This document shows, piece by piece, positions 34,872-53,789 of a stretch of 64,000 nucleotides of DNA (within the stretch, counting starts at the first letter, position 1; the number at the start of each line of letters is the position of its first letter). The notes under the pieces were generated by a model. It saw nothing but the letters and a program-made list of their open reading frames with translations. It was not told the DNA's origin and made no database searches. Where the stretch lies: positions 74,152,001-74,216,000 of the forward strand of contig OX597819.1 in the NCBI GenBank assembly GCA_951406725.2, in the 5' to 3' direction. Both the position numbers and the translations under genes were made by a program. Source of the DNA: Octopus vulgaris (taxonomy: Eukaryota).

Positions 34872-36367
34872 TATTACAACTTAAAACACTCCAATAATAT
34901 ATTACTTAAATTACTACCCACATAATAATTAATAAAGTTCTCATAAAGATCAATATTTATAAATATTCAGTGTAAACGGACTTCTACTCCGTTGTTTTCT
35001 AATCCTATCTGTCCAAATCTCAGACTCATAATATGTCTCGTGTTTTTCTACAGTGCCACAACACTCCAATGGCTTCTGCGGTATCCTGTCCTCACTTTAT
35101 TCATATGCTACTCAACCAGACGGAACTTACATTCCCTCAGCTCTACATTCAAGACAATATCACCATCGCGCAGACAGATTTAGTCAAGGTATGGACATAT
35201 TATCAAACATATTTTCTTGAAATATTTATACACTTTCTATCTAAACTCGATTCTATATTTTATAAGAAATCTCAATCAGTGTCGAATAAAATTCAAGCTT
35301 CTCACAATTCTTTATTACAGATTGCTCTATCCAATATGTCTGCAATCCTCAGTCAATATGTTACTGTGTTGAAAAACCAGACGGAAACAGAATATGACCA
35401 GCTGTGTGCCCCTGCCAAACGTATACAGACAAAATGTTATTATCCCGCTGCCTGTTCTAAACTCACTCCCACATCTGATGCCATATTTTATTGTTACTTA
35501 AAACAAACACTTTCTTACCTGGTTGATACGATACTTTTTCTGGATTCACCGGTAAGTATTATTATGGTAATATATTTTTCTAGATGAAGGTTCACGCGAT
35601 TTCTCTTTCATTTCCCCACGAAAAGTTAATGTAGATAAATGCCTTGTTCAATAAAACAGCACCAAAATATCCTCATGTTTATCGGAATATATTAAATATA
35701 TATCTCATAGAATAGATCCGGGAAGATATGGTCAGTTTATTTACAGAAATTGTTGACAAGTAATATATACTCATTTCGAAGCATTCTTTCAAAGTATTCT
35801 TGTATTTCATGACTACCAAAACATTACAAATTACATCTCTTCAGGGTTTCTAAGATTTCTGTCGTAAAATACTTCGTGCAGACGATAAAGATCTTACGTT
35901 CTGCACACTTTCCTCATTTTTATAATGTAGACAACAATGCATAGAATTGCAATCAGCGTAGAATGTCTAATTATTTGAAAGAATTACTACAATTAGAATA
36001 TGGATACATATATATATATATATATATATATAGCTTTATAATGTGTGGACTGTGAGCCACGTTATTCGGTTTCATTACATGTGTGTGTGTGTGTATGTGT
36101 GTGTGTGTGTATGTGTGTGTGTGTGTGAGTGAGTCTTCGTGTGTGTCTGTGTATTAAAATCAATTAATGCTTATCCCTACTTTACAATGTTCTTTTCATA
36201 TATTTCAGATATTTTCAAACACAAAACAAAATGTCGAAGTGGATGACAGTCTTTTGCTACCGGACGATGTGCCAATAACCAAGCAGCGATGGTTTACCAT
36301 AATTACACTCCATACACTTCATGAAAATATAAACCACATTCAAAATACTCTAGAATCCTTTATATAA
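33506..36367 (+). CDS. G6: secreted helical cytokine-like protein, 274 aa, 4 exons
   Basis: Exons 33506-33515, 34566-34723, 35054-35551, 36209-36367; canonical splice sites. kB site 33363-33372. Confidence 0.88.
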
Positions 36368-37914
36368 TAGATTTCTGTTATAATACTTCTGGAACCAATC
36401 TCAGTTAGAGAAAAATCAGATACAAGTGTATCGTTTCAATTATGTAGAAGTGTTTTAGCTTCACCACTTAATAATCATATCGACGATTATATTAAACGTT
36501 AAATACCAATATTTCCATAAATTTTTATCTTATATTTTCTTATCACGTTTATAATCGTAAACAATATATATTTCTCCTTTATGAAATAAATATTTCTATT
36601 TAATATCGTGTTACATCGATGTTATCGGTATTACACCAATGGGACTGTGACGTATCAATCTATATATATTTTTCATATATACATACCTATATTTATCTAT
36701 ATATATCTTCATATATACATAACTATACCTACGTTATTTAATTCATTTTTTATTTTTTATTTTCCGATTCCATTTCCTATTTTTTTAATCTTCATTATAA
36801 TATATACACCATATTCCTATGCATTATGCTAGGAAGACTTCCCTGCATACTCACACACACACACACACACACACATATACGCAGACATCATTTCTATTAT
36901 TTATTATATAAATGAGAATTATATTTTTGTATGGAAAAATTAAAGTGTTAATATTTTATTTTATATTCTGTTGTTTGTGTTTTTGATTTTGTTCAATGAG
37001 TGGATTACAACTTCGTTACAGACATCCATATTATATTTACTACTTGTTCCATTATTTCTTGATATGAATAGATGTGATTTATTTTATGAATAATTTCTTT
37101 TTATAATTCATGTTACAGTCATTTCTTTATCTTTATTATATATTTTATATACATTATATTACAATGTATTTCACCAGTAGGACATTTTTTTCTTCCCGTC
37201 TTCATAAAATAAGTACCATTTACGTAATGGGGTTGTCGAAATCCATTACACCTACCCCGAAATTGCTGGCCCATAGCCAAAGTTGGAAACTATCAATTCT
37301 TGCATCGAACCTGGGCCAGAAGGAATCGTTTCCTCTTTTGAATAAAACAACTGAGAGGAAAATACGAAGATGATACAAACCTAGAAACACCTTTCTTCTC
37401 TTTTTCGTTCTTCCAATGTTATGACGAGATTATGTCCTACGGCCCTCACTAGAGAAAATGCAGCAGGAGAAAATATCCCGGGACTCGTGCAATCCTCATC
37501 GAAGCTCATCGAAATACCACAATATTTTTGTCAATATTAGATCAATAATGATCACTGTTATTGAATAATCTTTTAGGAGAATCTCATATTTTCTATAAGA
37601 AAATGTCTCCTTCAAGACATCAGAAAGTTAGTTGGAAAAGTCGTCCTTTTTCTGCTCAGTGGTGGCCATGGTTAGAGCGCAGTGCCTGTGAAACATAGCG
37701 TTCCAATCAAGCCGTGACATAATAGTCTTGATGCAATCAGAAATACGAGAGCTGCGTGTCTCGTTCTCATTTCTTGCTGTGGTGTTTCACTGAGTGCAGC
37801 CATGTCAGAGACGCACAGCTTTACTCGTATCTATGTATATTATTATTCAGTCTATTTCAAGATTTCTTGCCAATATAGAAAGAACAAGTTTCTAACCTAG
37901 CTACACACACACAC

Positions 37915-37970
<56 letters not shown>

Positions 37971-38118
37971 TGTATGTTTGTATGTATGTATGTATATATA
38001 GGCTCTGGCCTGACTGTGGTAAGAAGATTTCTTTCGATCTACACGCTTGCAGGTTCCGTCCCACTGTGTGGCTCCCGTGTGAGTGGATTTGGTAGATGGA
38101 AATTGAAAGAAACACGTC

Positions 38119-38199
<81 letters not shown>

Positions 38200-38318
38200 T
38201 ATATATAAATATATATATATATATAGATATACAAAGCGTGAGAGAGAAGGAGAGAGAGAAAGAGAGAGAGAGAGAAAGAGAGAGAGAAAAGAGAGAGAGA
38301 CAAACAGAGATGTATGTA

Positions 38319-39935
38319 CAATGGCGAAAATTAATTTAAGACCGATGACAAAAGTTCTATTTCTTACAAAATATTTTGTTACTAACACCATACAAATCAT
38401 TTTCATCTGTTACACCTTATGCAGAATGTATTTCTCTTTCGAATGATGCAGGCAATAACTATTTTTATATAACTTGAAGAATTCTAATGCTAAATTCAGA
38501 CAATCGTTTCAAATTTACCGGCAAAATTAGTTTAAGACCACGTAATATGTATGCAAAGTTTTTTGCCAAAATGGGTGGTCACACAACTAGCCTAACTGGA
38601 CGATATAGTGTTATAATTTAACGTTATTATACAATTGATTAATAAGGGGGAAACAACGTCACCTCAGTCCAGTCACGAGAGCAAAAATCGTAGTACTTCA
38701 CCAGCAAAAAGTTTCCTTTTCGAACACCAGCAAGCAACTAAAGTGCAGTAAAACGGCTTACGTGAAAGCGTGGATGTTATACTCGGAGACTGGTCAATAT
38801 AAAGATCGGCAAAGACTGGTGCCCCAAGAAAAACATCGGCACAGTTGGAACGTCGAATCCACCGACTTCCGGAAGGCAACCGACAGCCGTTGATAGTTGT
38901 AAACAATTGTCCATCGAGAATTGTGTTATTTTTGCACTACCAAACCGTCCGCAACCTTTTGAGAGAAATTGGACTACATGGACGAATCGCTAGGAAAAAG
39001 TCAATAATATCCGAAAGAAATCGACTCAAACGCCTTAATTTCGCAAAAAGCCATGCTCAATGAACTGCCGTAGATTGGTGCAGGTTCCCTTTGAGTGACG
39101 AGTCACGCTTCTGTATATTTGGATCAGATGGTAAAACATACGTCAGACATTGCCCAACCGAGGAATTCCATCCCAAATACGTGAAAAAGCGGGGCAAGCG
39201 GTGGGTGGGGATGGGGTTGTGATGGTGAGGGCGGCATTTGGTAGTTTTGGTGTTGGCCCTCTAGTTAAAGTTGATGGAAAGCTAAATAGTGTAGGTTATA
39301 GGAATCTACCATAGGATAATGATGTGCCATATTTGACTCACCAAATGCCTTCGGGGCTATTTATCAGAAGGACAATATTCCTGTGCACCAAGCCCACAAG
39401 TTATGGAATTTTTTTATCACCATAATATTGACGTAATCGAATGGCCTCCCCAGAGCCCGGACCTGAATCCGATCGACAACCTGTGGAATTATGTTTCCCA
39501 AATGTCTATGCTAATAAACCATCTAATCTAAAACAATTATTCGATTGGCAAAATATTTCCATACAATTTTGTTTTCACTTAGCGAATTCAATGCCGAGAC
39601 GTTGTTCAGCCGTTATTAAGAATAAAGGCTACGGCACAGAGTACTAATCTGTATTTCGTTCTTGTTGCTCATTTTTGCTACAATCTTAAGCTTTAAATAA
39701 AATTATAATGATATGGTTTTAAACTAATTTTGCCGGTAAATTTGAAACGGTTATATTAATTTAGCATTAGAATTCATCAAGTTGTATAAAAATAGTTATT
39801 GTCTGCATCATTCGAAAGAGAAATGAATTCTGCATAAGGTGTAAAAGATAAAGATAATTTGTATGGTGTTAGTAACAAAATATTTTGTAAGAAATAGAAA
39901 TTTTAACATCGGTCTTGCATTTATTTTCGCCAGTG
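38319..39935 (+). mobile_element. Tc1/mariner copy, full length but decayed
   Basis: TA-CAATGGCG ... CGCCAGTG-TA termini, long TIRs. DESRF and WPPQSPDLNPIDNLW motifs present, with frameshifts and stops. Confidence 0.92.
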
Positions 39936-42607
39936 TATGTATGTATGAATGTTTGTGTCGCCCCCCCCCCCAGCATTGCTTGAGACCCGATGCTGGTGCG
40001 GTTTCGTCCCCGTACACTAGCGGTTCGGCAAAGTAGTCCGATAGATTTATGAATGAACTATTTTTATCACAGTATATAGGTCACAGTCCAATTGCTAGTA
40101 GGTTACTTTCGCTTAACGGGAAAGAACTGAGCGGGGAATAGTGAGTTACGGCTTCATGTTACAAATCGTTGTTACTATCGCCGTCGCCAAAGTCGTCGTC
40201 ATTATCATTGTAACCATCATATATATCATCTCCATCATCATCTTCACTACAACCAACACCATCACAACCACCGCAACACCAACACCACCACCACCACCAC
40301 CACCACCCAGAACGAAATAAAGAAACCAATCACTCAAACATCGTATAGCTCCCTCCATCACAACTCACATACGTTCAGAAATCAAGTGTCTAATATCCCA
40401 AAGAACGAATACAGAAAGTATTGAAAATAATTTACAACCAACAATACCGACAGTCACAAATGGAGAAAGGTACTTAGGCGGAGGAGGAGGAGGAGGAGGA
40501 ATGGAAGGAGGTGGTGGTGGTGGTGGAGGAGAAGAAGGAGGAAGAGGTAGAAGAGGAGGGAGGGGAGGCGAAACAGAAGAAACAGCATCAATATAAGAAT
40601 ATGGCACGAACAGAAACCTACGACTAGATTATAGAAATCCTTATTGCAAGCGACCTAGTTCTCCGTCGGTTATGACGACGAGTTTTCCAGATGATACAAT
40701 CAAACGAACAGAATGCTCATGAAATTAACGTGCAAGCGGCCGAGTACTCCACAGACACGCGTACACTTAACGTAATTCTGAAAGAGGTTCAATATGATAA
40801 AGAATGTGATAAGGCTGACCCCTTTTGAATTGCAGGTACAACTCAACAGTTGTGACTCAGGAATGGCAAACATAGAGGCATTCACCAATGTGACTCTCTC
40901 AATCCTTTCTTTGAAGCACAAACGTAAAGGACTTGGTCTTCAAAAGCCCAACCATCAACACCATGCGTCAATCAAAAACCATCAAGTAATATCTAGCAAA
41001 GATTAATTCACTTACCCACCCCAACCCCGAATTTTCTGTAAAAACTTGTGGAGATAGCTGATGCGGAATATGAATTAGGCAAAGTTACAACCAGTTAGAA
41101 ATATCCGAGGGATAAAGACGGATATTAATTGCGAAACAAGAAATCTCTTATGTTACATAATCTGGTCAATCTTAAGGAAACTACATTGGTTAAACCGGAA
41201 TCTCCTTGGATGAAAGAGTGAACATACACACACATTATTCCGAGCAAAGGGAAATCCCACTTAGTGAAAATTAACTAATTTGTGATAACAAGTTTATTTT
41301 TATCCTGTTTGTCTTTGCTTAAGAGACGATCCAAAATATTTTTTAAAAATTGAGAAGTATTTTCTAAAAATATATTCTCCAAAATTAACTTTGCTTAAAA
41401 AAACAATAATGAACAAAAGAAAATATGGACAAATTAATTGATAAGTACACATATATTTCTAGGATGAATTCGCTAAGATGAGCTATAGAAGTCTAAAGAG
41501 CGAAATTTGTATGGAATCGTCGTATCGATAAAGTTGTTTATTTCCTCTCGCTGTCTTGACAACGCGTGGGGAGCAACATCCGAAGTTTACAGAGCAGATA
41601 TTCTCTGACATGTAAAAATTGTTTGTCTTCAAGAAATATTTGTGAAATGGCACCAAAGATTATCATGTTGTAAAGCCCGACGTGATGGGCTTTGCCCATT
41701 CTGAATACAGTCGCACTATTGTTGTGATTTATTTTATAATTTCTTTTTATATTTTATGTTACAGTCATTTCTTTATCTTTATTATATATTTTATATACAT
41801 TATATTACAATGTATCTCACCTGTAGGATAGTCAGTCTTCCTGTCATCATAAAATAAGTACCATTTACGTAATGGGGTCGTCGAAATCCATTACACCTCC
41901 CCGAAATTGCTGGCCCATATCAAGAAATAATGGAACAAGCAGTAAATATAATATGGATGTCTGTAACGAAGTTGTAATCCACTCATTGAACAAAATCAAA
42001 AACACAAACAACAGAATATAAAATAAAATATTAACACTTTAATGCTTCCATACAAAAATATAATTTCCATTTATATAATAAATAATAGAAATGATGTTGG
42101 CGTATATGTGTGTGTGTGTGTGTGTGAGTATGCAGGGAAGTCTTCCTAGTATAATGCATAGGAATATGGTGTATATATTATAATGAAGATTAAAAATAGG
42201 AAATGGAATCGGAAAATAAAAAAATAAAAAATGAATTAAATAACGTAGGTATAGTTATGTATATATGAAGATATATATAGATAAATATAGGTATGTCTAT
42301 ATAAGATATATATAGATTGATACGTCACAGTCCCATTGGTGTAATACCAATAACATCGATGTAACACGATATTAAATAGAAATATTTAGTTCAAAAAGGA
42401 GAAATATATATTGTTTACGATTATAAACCCGAAAAGAAAATATAAGATAAAAATTTATGGAAATATTGGTATTTAACGATTAATATAATCGTCGATATGA
42501 TTATTAAGTGGTGAAGCTAAAACACTTCTACATAATTGAAACGATACACTTGTATCTGATTTTTCTCTAACTGAGATTGGTTCCAGAATTATTATAACGG
42601 GAATTAA

Positions 42608-44342
42608 TTACATAAAGGATTCTAGAGTATTTTGAATGTGGTTTATATTTTCATGAAGTGTATAGAGTGTAATTATGGTAAACCATCGCTGCTTGGTTAT
42701 TGGCACATCATCCGGTAGCAAAAGACTGTCATCCACTTCGACATTTTGTTTGATGTTTGAAAATATCTGAAATATATGAAAAGAACATTGTAAATAAGAG
42801 ATACACAATAATTGATATTAATACACAGACACACACGATGACGCACTCACACACACACACGTGTAATGAAACCGAATAACGGAGCTCACAGTCCACACAT
42901 TATAAAGCTTTATATATATATTTATCCAGAAGAAACCCTACTTGGAGGAGATCTAAACCTGGTCAATGTAGCTATTTCCCCCTACAATCAATACTATAGA
43001 GACATTTATACGCACACATTATATATCACATTTACTAATACTAAAAATATACACACATCTTATATATGAATTTACTATTAATAATAATATAGACATAGAT
43101 GCAAACACACGTATATATTACGTATAACATTTTGATAGAGTAAGTTATATTATTAAATTAGAACGGTTCAAAATTATTATAATTCTAGTAATTCCGTCAA
43201 ATAATTAGACATTCTACGCTGGTTACAATTCTACGCATTGTTGTCTACATCATATAAATGAGGAAAGTGTGCATAACGTAAGCTGATTATCGTCTGCACG
43301 AAGTATTTTACGACAGAAATCTTAGAAAACCTGAAGAGATGTAATTTGTAATATTTTGGTAGTCATGAATCACAAGAATACTTTGAAAGAATGCTTCGAA
43401 ATGACTATATATTACTCCGAGGGAATCTAAAGAATAGCACCATTGATCTTTGTCAACAATTTCTGTAAATAAACTGACCATATCTTCCCGGATCAATTCT
43501 ATGAGTTATATATTTAATATATTCCGATAAACATGAGGATATTTTGGTGCTGTTTTTCTTCAACAGGGAATTTATCTACATAAATTTTACGTAAGGAAAT
43601 GAAAGAGAAATCGCGTGAATCTTCATCTAGGAAAATATATTCCGATAATAATACTTGCCGGTGATTCCAGAAAAAGTATCGTATCAACCAGGTAAGAAAG
43701 TGTTTGTTTTAAATAACAATAAAATATGGCATCAGATGTGGGAGTGAGTTTAGAACAGGCAGCGGAATAATAACACTCTGTCTGTATACGTTTGGCAGGG
43801 GCACACAGCTGGTCATATTCTTTTTCCGTCTGGTTCTTCAACACAGTAACATATTGACTGAGGGTTGCAGACATATTGGATAGAGCAATCTGTAATAAAT
43901 AATTGCGAGAAGTTTGAATTTTATTCAACACTGATTGAGATTTCTTATAAAATATAGAATCGAGTTTAGATAGAAAGTGTATAAATATTTCAAGAAAATA
44001 TGTTTGATAATATGTCCATACCTTGACTAAATCTGTCTGCGCGATGGTGATATTGTCTTGAATGTAGAGCTGAGGGAATGTAAGTTCCGTCTGGTTGAGT
44101 AGCGTATGAATAAAGTGAGGACAGGATACCGCAGATGCCAATGGAGTGTTGTGGCACTGTAGAAAAACACGTGACATATTATGAGATTTGGACAGATAGG
44201 ATTAGAAAATAACGGAGTAGAAGTCCGTTTACACTGAACTAGTAGTTACAAATATTGATCGTTATGAGAACCTTATTAAATATTATGTGGGTAGTATGTT
44301 AAGCAATATATCATTGGAGTGGTATAAGAAGTTGTAATAATA

Positions 44343-44410
<68 letters not shown>

Positions 44411-44986
44411 AACAATATCAAGTATAACAATAATAATAACAATAATATATGAATGAATATATGTAAACTTACAAAAGAGTGCAAAGTAGTGTTCACAGCT
44501 ATCGAGGCCCTGCGAGCCGTATCCAGTTGTGCTTTTATGTTATTTATTGGTATCGCTGTAGGTTTTATCGATGCTCCCTGGATGAATGAAGTCCAGACTG
44601 AGATACACAGGACCAATATATATTGCCAGTCTACGGGAAAATAGAAAAAAATAACCATTAAGGAACATTTAGAAGGAAAGGGAGACATTGAAGGAATTAT
44701 TATTATTAAAATGAAATAACTCGATAAGTCGCTGTTAGTTTTTCACGTGTAGTAAACAATGAGCTGAACATTTTGGAACTCAATAAACGATATTCACAAA
44801 TATTTAACATAGTTCCACTAAATATAAACCACAATTTTTTGTGTTGTGTGTTAATGTGTCTATATAATTAATAGTAGTAAATTCATATATAAGATGTGTG
44901 TGTATATTGTTAGTATTAGTTAATGTGATATATAATACGTGCGTTTACAACCACTTATATTAAAGCCACTTACATTGATAGATAGC

Positions 44987-45029
<43 letters not shown>

Positions 45030-45037
45030 ATAGATAA

Positions 45038-45071
<34 letters not shown>

Positions 45072-45099
45072 GGATAGATAGCTAGATAGAAAGAATTGG

Positions 45100-45144
<45 letters not shown>

Positions 45145-45438
45145 TAAATGCATACATAGACAGGGACATACATATATTTACATATGTCTGTGCGTGTGTA
45201 TATGTGTGTATATGTGTGTGGAGTGTGTGTCATTGTCGCACTCTCTTGAGTACCGCTTGACGACCAATGCTTGTGTGTTTATATACAGGAAACGTAACTG
45301 TTCGGTAAAAAATTACCAAAAGAATAAGTACATGGCTTTAGAAATAAGTCCTCGGTTTGGTGAATTCCACCTTAACAGTTTTCAAGGTTGTGTCACGGCA
45401 TGGCCGCAAACCTGCAGGTTCAAACATGTAAAACACAG

Positions 45439-45474
<36 letters not shown>

Positions 45475-45532
45475 TGTATGTATGTATGTATGTATGTATG
45501 TATGTATGTATGTATGTATGTATGTATGTATG

Positions 45533-45566
<34 letters not shown>

Positions 45567-46284
45567 TGTATGTATGTATGTAGATATAAAATGTATGTAT
45601 ATATATATGTATATATATATGCTTGTATGTATATATATATATACATATATAAATATACAGGTGGAAAGATTCGATTTTTGTATGTGTTAACAATTACTTC
45701 CTCATGACAATATAACCTTTAATCTATTCAAGATATCCTTCACCTGAATATTACCCTGCCATATACATCTCATTTGGATTTACCACTTTTGAGGTTTCAC
45801 TCGCAATGAAACACATGTAGCCCGAATTATTCTTTTCCGTTCTGTAACTCTTATATTCTTTTTCGCAAACTCGACAAACCTTGTCGCCTACCGTAGAATA
45901 TAAAAGAACTTTTTTCTTCGTATCATTTTTCGAAAAAAAAATTAAATAATCCCCAATCTTCCGCCTGAATACACCGAAATTTGTTCCGAAAGTTGATTTT
46001 ACTTAATATCTTCTACGAATTGCTTGAAATTAACTGTCTACTTACCCCTCGATCCCTGGATCTTACATTTGTGTATGTGTGTGTATTCCTATGAATGTAT
46101 GTGCTTATGTATGTATGTGTTTACGTAAGTATGTAAGTATACGCTTATGTATGTATGTATATATGTACGTATGTATGTATGTATGTATGTATGTATGTAT
46201 GTATGTATGTATGTATGTATGTATGTATGTATGTATGTATGTATGTATTTATATAATGCCGACCTCATACTTACAGTAATTCAT
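42608..46284 (-). CDS. G7: secreted helical cytokine-like protein, 274 aa, with a GC-AG intron 3
   Basis: Exons 46275-46284 (ATGAATTACT|gtaagt), 44473-44630, 43659-44156 (donor GCAAGT), 42608-42766. kB site 46418-46427. Confidence 0.82.
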
Positions 46285-49103
46285 TTTGTGTGATTTTTCG
46301 TTATGAAAATGTTTTGGATAGAAGGCCATGTTGTAGTTCCTTTGCTTGTTACGAATTATTGTGGTTAAGTGACGGTGGGATATCGGCTTTTATAGTTGTT
46401 TTAGCAGTGATAGGTTTGGAAAATCCCATTCTATGTGATGGTCTTCATGAAGCTGGAAGATATCGTCTTCCTTTATCTATTGTTTAAATTTACTTTACGA
46501 AAATTGCCTGCTTTCATTTCTGGCGGATGTTGAAGCTTGTGCTAATATTTTACTTTCAATGTGTCAGAGATTTAGATTTACGGAAAGAGGAAAGCTTTTA
46601 TGAATGAACTATTTTTATCACAGTATATAAGTCACAGGCCAATTGCTAGTAGGTTACTTTCGCTTATCGGGAAATAACCGAGCGGGAAATAGTGAGTTAC
46701 AGTTTCATGTTACAAATCGTTGTTACTATCGCCGTCGCCAACGTCGTCGTCGTCATTATTATTATAACCATCATGTGTATCATCTCCATCATCTTCACCA
46801 TCATCACCACCACTACCACCACCACCATCCCAACCATCACCACCACCAGAACGATATAAAGAAACCAATCACCCAAACATCGTATAACTCCCTCAATCAC
46901 AACTCACATACATTCAGAAATCAAGAGTCTAATATCCCAAAGAACGGATACAGAAACTATTGAAAATAATTTACAACCAGCAATACCGACAGTCACAAAT
47001 GGAGAAATGTGCTTAGAAGGAGGGGAAGGGGGAGGAGAAAGAAGAGGAGGAAGGGGTTACGAAACAGAAGAAACAGCATCAATATAAGAATATGGCACGA
47101 ACAGAAATCTTCGACTAGATAATAGAAATCCTTATTGCAAGCGGCCTTGTTCTCCGTCGGTTATGACGACGAGTGTTCCAGATGATACAATCAAATTAAC
47201 AGACTGTTCATGAAATTAACGTGCAAGCGGCTGAGTACACCACAGACACGTGTACACTTAACGTAATTCTGAAGGAGATTCAGCATGATAAAGAATGTGA
47301 TAAGGCTGACCCCTTTTGAAATGCAGGTACAACTCAACAGTTATGACTCAGGAATGGCAAACTTAGTGACATACACCAATGTGACTCTCTCAATCCCTTC
47401 TTCGAAGCACAAACGTAAAGGACTTGGTCTTCAAAAGCCCAACTATCAACACCATGCGTCAACCAAAAATCCTCAAGAATTATCTAGCAAGGATAAATTC
47501 ACGTACCCACCCCAACCCCGAATTTTCTGTAAAAACCTGTCCAGATTGCTGATGCGGAATCTGAATTAGGCAAAGTTACAACCACTTAGAAATATCCGAG
47601 GTATAAAGACGGATATTAATTGCGAAACAAGAAATCTCTTATGTTATATAATCTGGCCTAGTCGTAAGGAAAACGACATTGGTTAAACCGGAATCTCCCT
47701 GGGTGAAAGAGTGAACATACACACACATTATCCTGAGCAAAGCGAAATCCCACTTAGTGAAAATTAACTAATTTGCGATAACAAGTTTATTTTTTTCCTG
47801 TTTGTCTTTGCTTAAGAGAAAATCCAAAATATTTTTTTAAAAATTGAGAAGTATTTTTAAAAAATAAATTCTCCAAAATTAACTTTGCTTAAAAAAACAA
47901 TAATGAACAAAAGAAAATATTTTCTTTTTCCTCCGTCTCGAAATATTTCTTAAGGAGAGATGAAAACAACTCTAAACTGAAAAACTTTCCGCTTCTCTTC
48001 CATATTGTTTTATTACTTTCTCTTTTTCTTATTTTTTAATTGAAAATTATGTGAAACGCTATTTTGACATTTTCACGTCTATCTCTCAATGAATTGTTTC
48101 TAGTTTTGCTACTCGTTTATTAATTCTACACATATTAGTATGGGAATTGTGGTGTGTATATGTGTGTATGTATGTGTGTTTGTATGTATGTAGATCTAAG
48201 GATTTCTATTATCTAGCCGTAGGGTTCTGTTCTTGCCATATTCTTATATTGATGATGTTTCTTCTGTTTCGTACCCCCTTCCTCCTCCTCCTTCCCCTCC
48301 TCCTAAGCACATTTCTCCATATGTGACTGACGGTATTGTTGGTTGTAAATTATTTCCAATAGATTGTGTATTCCTTTTTGGGATATTAGACCCTTGATTT
48401 CTGAACGTATGTGAGCTGTCATTAAGGGAGTTATACGATGTTTGAGTGATCGGTTTCGTTATCTCACTCTGGCGGTGGAGATAATGGTGATGGTGGCGTT
48501 GGTGGTAGTGGTGGTGGTGGTGATGATGATGTTGTGGATGGTGATGGTGGTGGTGGTTGTGTTGGTAGTAGCGGCGGTTGTGATGGTGTTGGCTGTAGTG
48601 AAGATGATGATGGAGATGATACACATGATGATGATAATGATAATGAAGACGACGACGTTCGCTTCGGCGATAGTAACAACGATTTGTAATTTGAAACTGT
48701 AACTCACTATTCCCCGCTCGGTTATTTCCCGTTAAGCGAAAGTAACCTACTAGCAATTGGCTGTGACCTATATACTGTGATAAAAATAGTTCATTCATAA
48801 AAGCTTTCCTCTTCCCGTAAACCTAAATCTCTGTCTCACTGAAAGTAAAATATTTGCACAAGCTTCAACTTCCGCCAGAAATGAAATCAAGCAATTTTCG
48901 CAAACTAAATTTAAACAATAGATAAAGAAAAGGATATCTTCCAGCTTCATGAAGGCCATCATATAGAATGGGATTTTCCAAACCTATCACTGCTAAAACC
49001 ACTCTATAAGTCGATATTCCATCGTCACTTAACCACAATAATTCGTAACATGCAAAGGAACTACAACTCTCAAAACTTTTTTCATAACGAAAAATCACAC
49101 AAA

Positions 49104-52132
<3,029 letters not shown>

Positions 52133-52556
52133 TTAATTCTCAAACCACATTCAAAATACTCTACAATCCTTTATGTAATTAATTCTCAAACCACATTCAA
52201 AATACTCTAGAATCCTTTATGTTATTAATTCCCGTTATAATACTTCTGGAACGAATCTCAGTTAGAGAAAAATCAGATACAAGTGTATCGTTTCAATTAT
52301 GTAGAAGTGTTTTAGCTTCACCACTTAATAATCATATCGACGATTATATTAATCGTTAAATACCAATATTTCCATCAATTTTGATCTTATATTTTCTTAT
52401 CACGTTTATAATCGTAAACAATGTATATATTTCTCCTTTATGAAATAAATATTTCTATTTAATATCGCGTTACATCAATGTTATTGGTATTACACCATTG
52501 GGACTGTGACGTATCAATCTATATATATCTTATATAGACATACCTATATTTATATG

Positions 52557-52600
<44 letters not shown>

Positions 52601-52614
52601 CACACACACACACA

Positions 52615-53631
52615 CTGTACTGAAGAAAACTCTATCTCGAAAAACTGTGTCTCGTCCTTTAGTTGAACATGACTTACAAGCAAGAGCACCTGCAGTGAAG
52701 CCACTGATCAGCTTCAAGAATAAAAAGTGTCGTCTTACCTTTGCAACCGAACATGTGTTGTGGTCTCAAGAAAAATGGCAAACGGTGCCTTTCAGTGATG
52801 AATCTAAGTCTATGTTATTTGGCTCAGGTGGGAAAAGGTACGTTCGTCGAAAAGCAGGTGAAAAATTGTCACCTAAATGCCTTAAGACTAGTGTTAAATT
52901 CGGTAGAGGAAGCGTCATGGTTTGGGGGATGATATCTGGAGATGTTGTTGGCCCTTTGCTGCGATTACATGGAAAGGTAAATGCAGAAGGTTATAAACAA
53001 CTTGTAAAAGATCATGTCTTGCCTGTTCTGAGAAATTCAACTAAGCGACCACCCATATTCATGCAGGACAATGCCCCATGTTACAAGGCTAAGATGGTCA
53101 TGAAATTCCTCAAGGCTAAAAAGGTTATTGTTATGTATTGGCCTGCTCAACGCCCAGACTTCAATCCTATTGAAAATGTGTGGAATATTCTAGGAGAACG
53201 TTTGAAAACCAGAAATCCTAAAACAACCGAGCAATTATGGAATGCCCTTCAGGAAGAATGGAATAAGATCACCCAGCAAGAAATTGAAAATTTAATTTCC
53301 CCATGCAGTCAAAAATGTCAAACTTTGATTGAAGCTAAAGGGCTTCACACGAAATATGAAATAATTCCAGCATTCTCTGTCACTTTTTGATTATTTTGTT
53401 ATTTTTTCAACCGTTCTGATCATTTTGGCCACCATGGGTTTTGCAGTAAATCACTATATCATCCATAACTTTTGTATTATCCACTCAAATTATACCAAAA
53501 TCTCAGACAATACCAATTAATATCGTATTTATTGTTTGTGAAAATTATAGAATATATAACAAGTTTAATAAAAACTTATATTTACTTTTCTGACAAAAAC
53601 AATGCCGTTCTGAAAATTTGGGCCGCAACTG
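52615..53631 (+). mobile_element. Second Tc1-family transposon, 5'-truncated, catalytic domain still open
   Basis: ORF 52506-53390 contains FSDESK, GSVMVWG, FMQDNAPCY and WPAQRPDFNPIENVW (Tc1-type DDE). Right end ..ggccgcaactg-TA; no left TIR visible. Confidence 0.92.
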
Positions 53632-53644
53632 TATATATATATAA

Positions 53645-53789
<145 letters not shown>

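Noticed and set aside
41450-41720. ~270-bp block (also at ~14830-15100 and ~17700-17955) as an exon of another gene
   Set aside because: Only short frames such as DEFAKMSYRSLKSEICMESSYR* and no recognisable domain; cannot be supported.
45194-45707. YI/HT/CV/LSIY/poly-S/poly-M ORFs throughout the window
   Set aside because: Translations of (TA)n, (CA)n, (TACA)n, (GATA)n and (CAT)n microsatellites.
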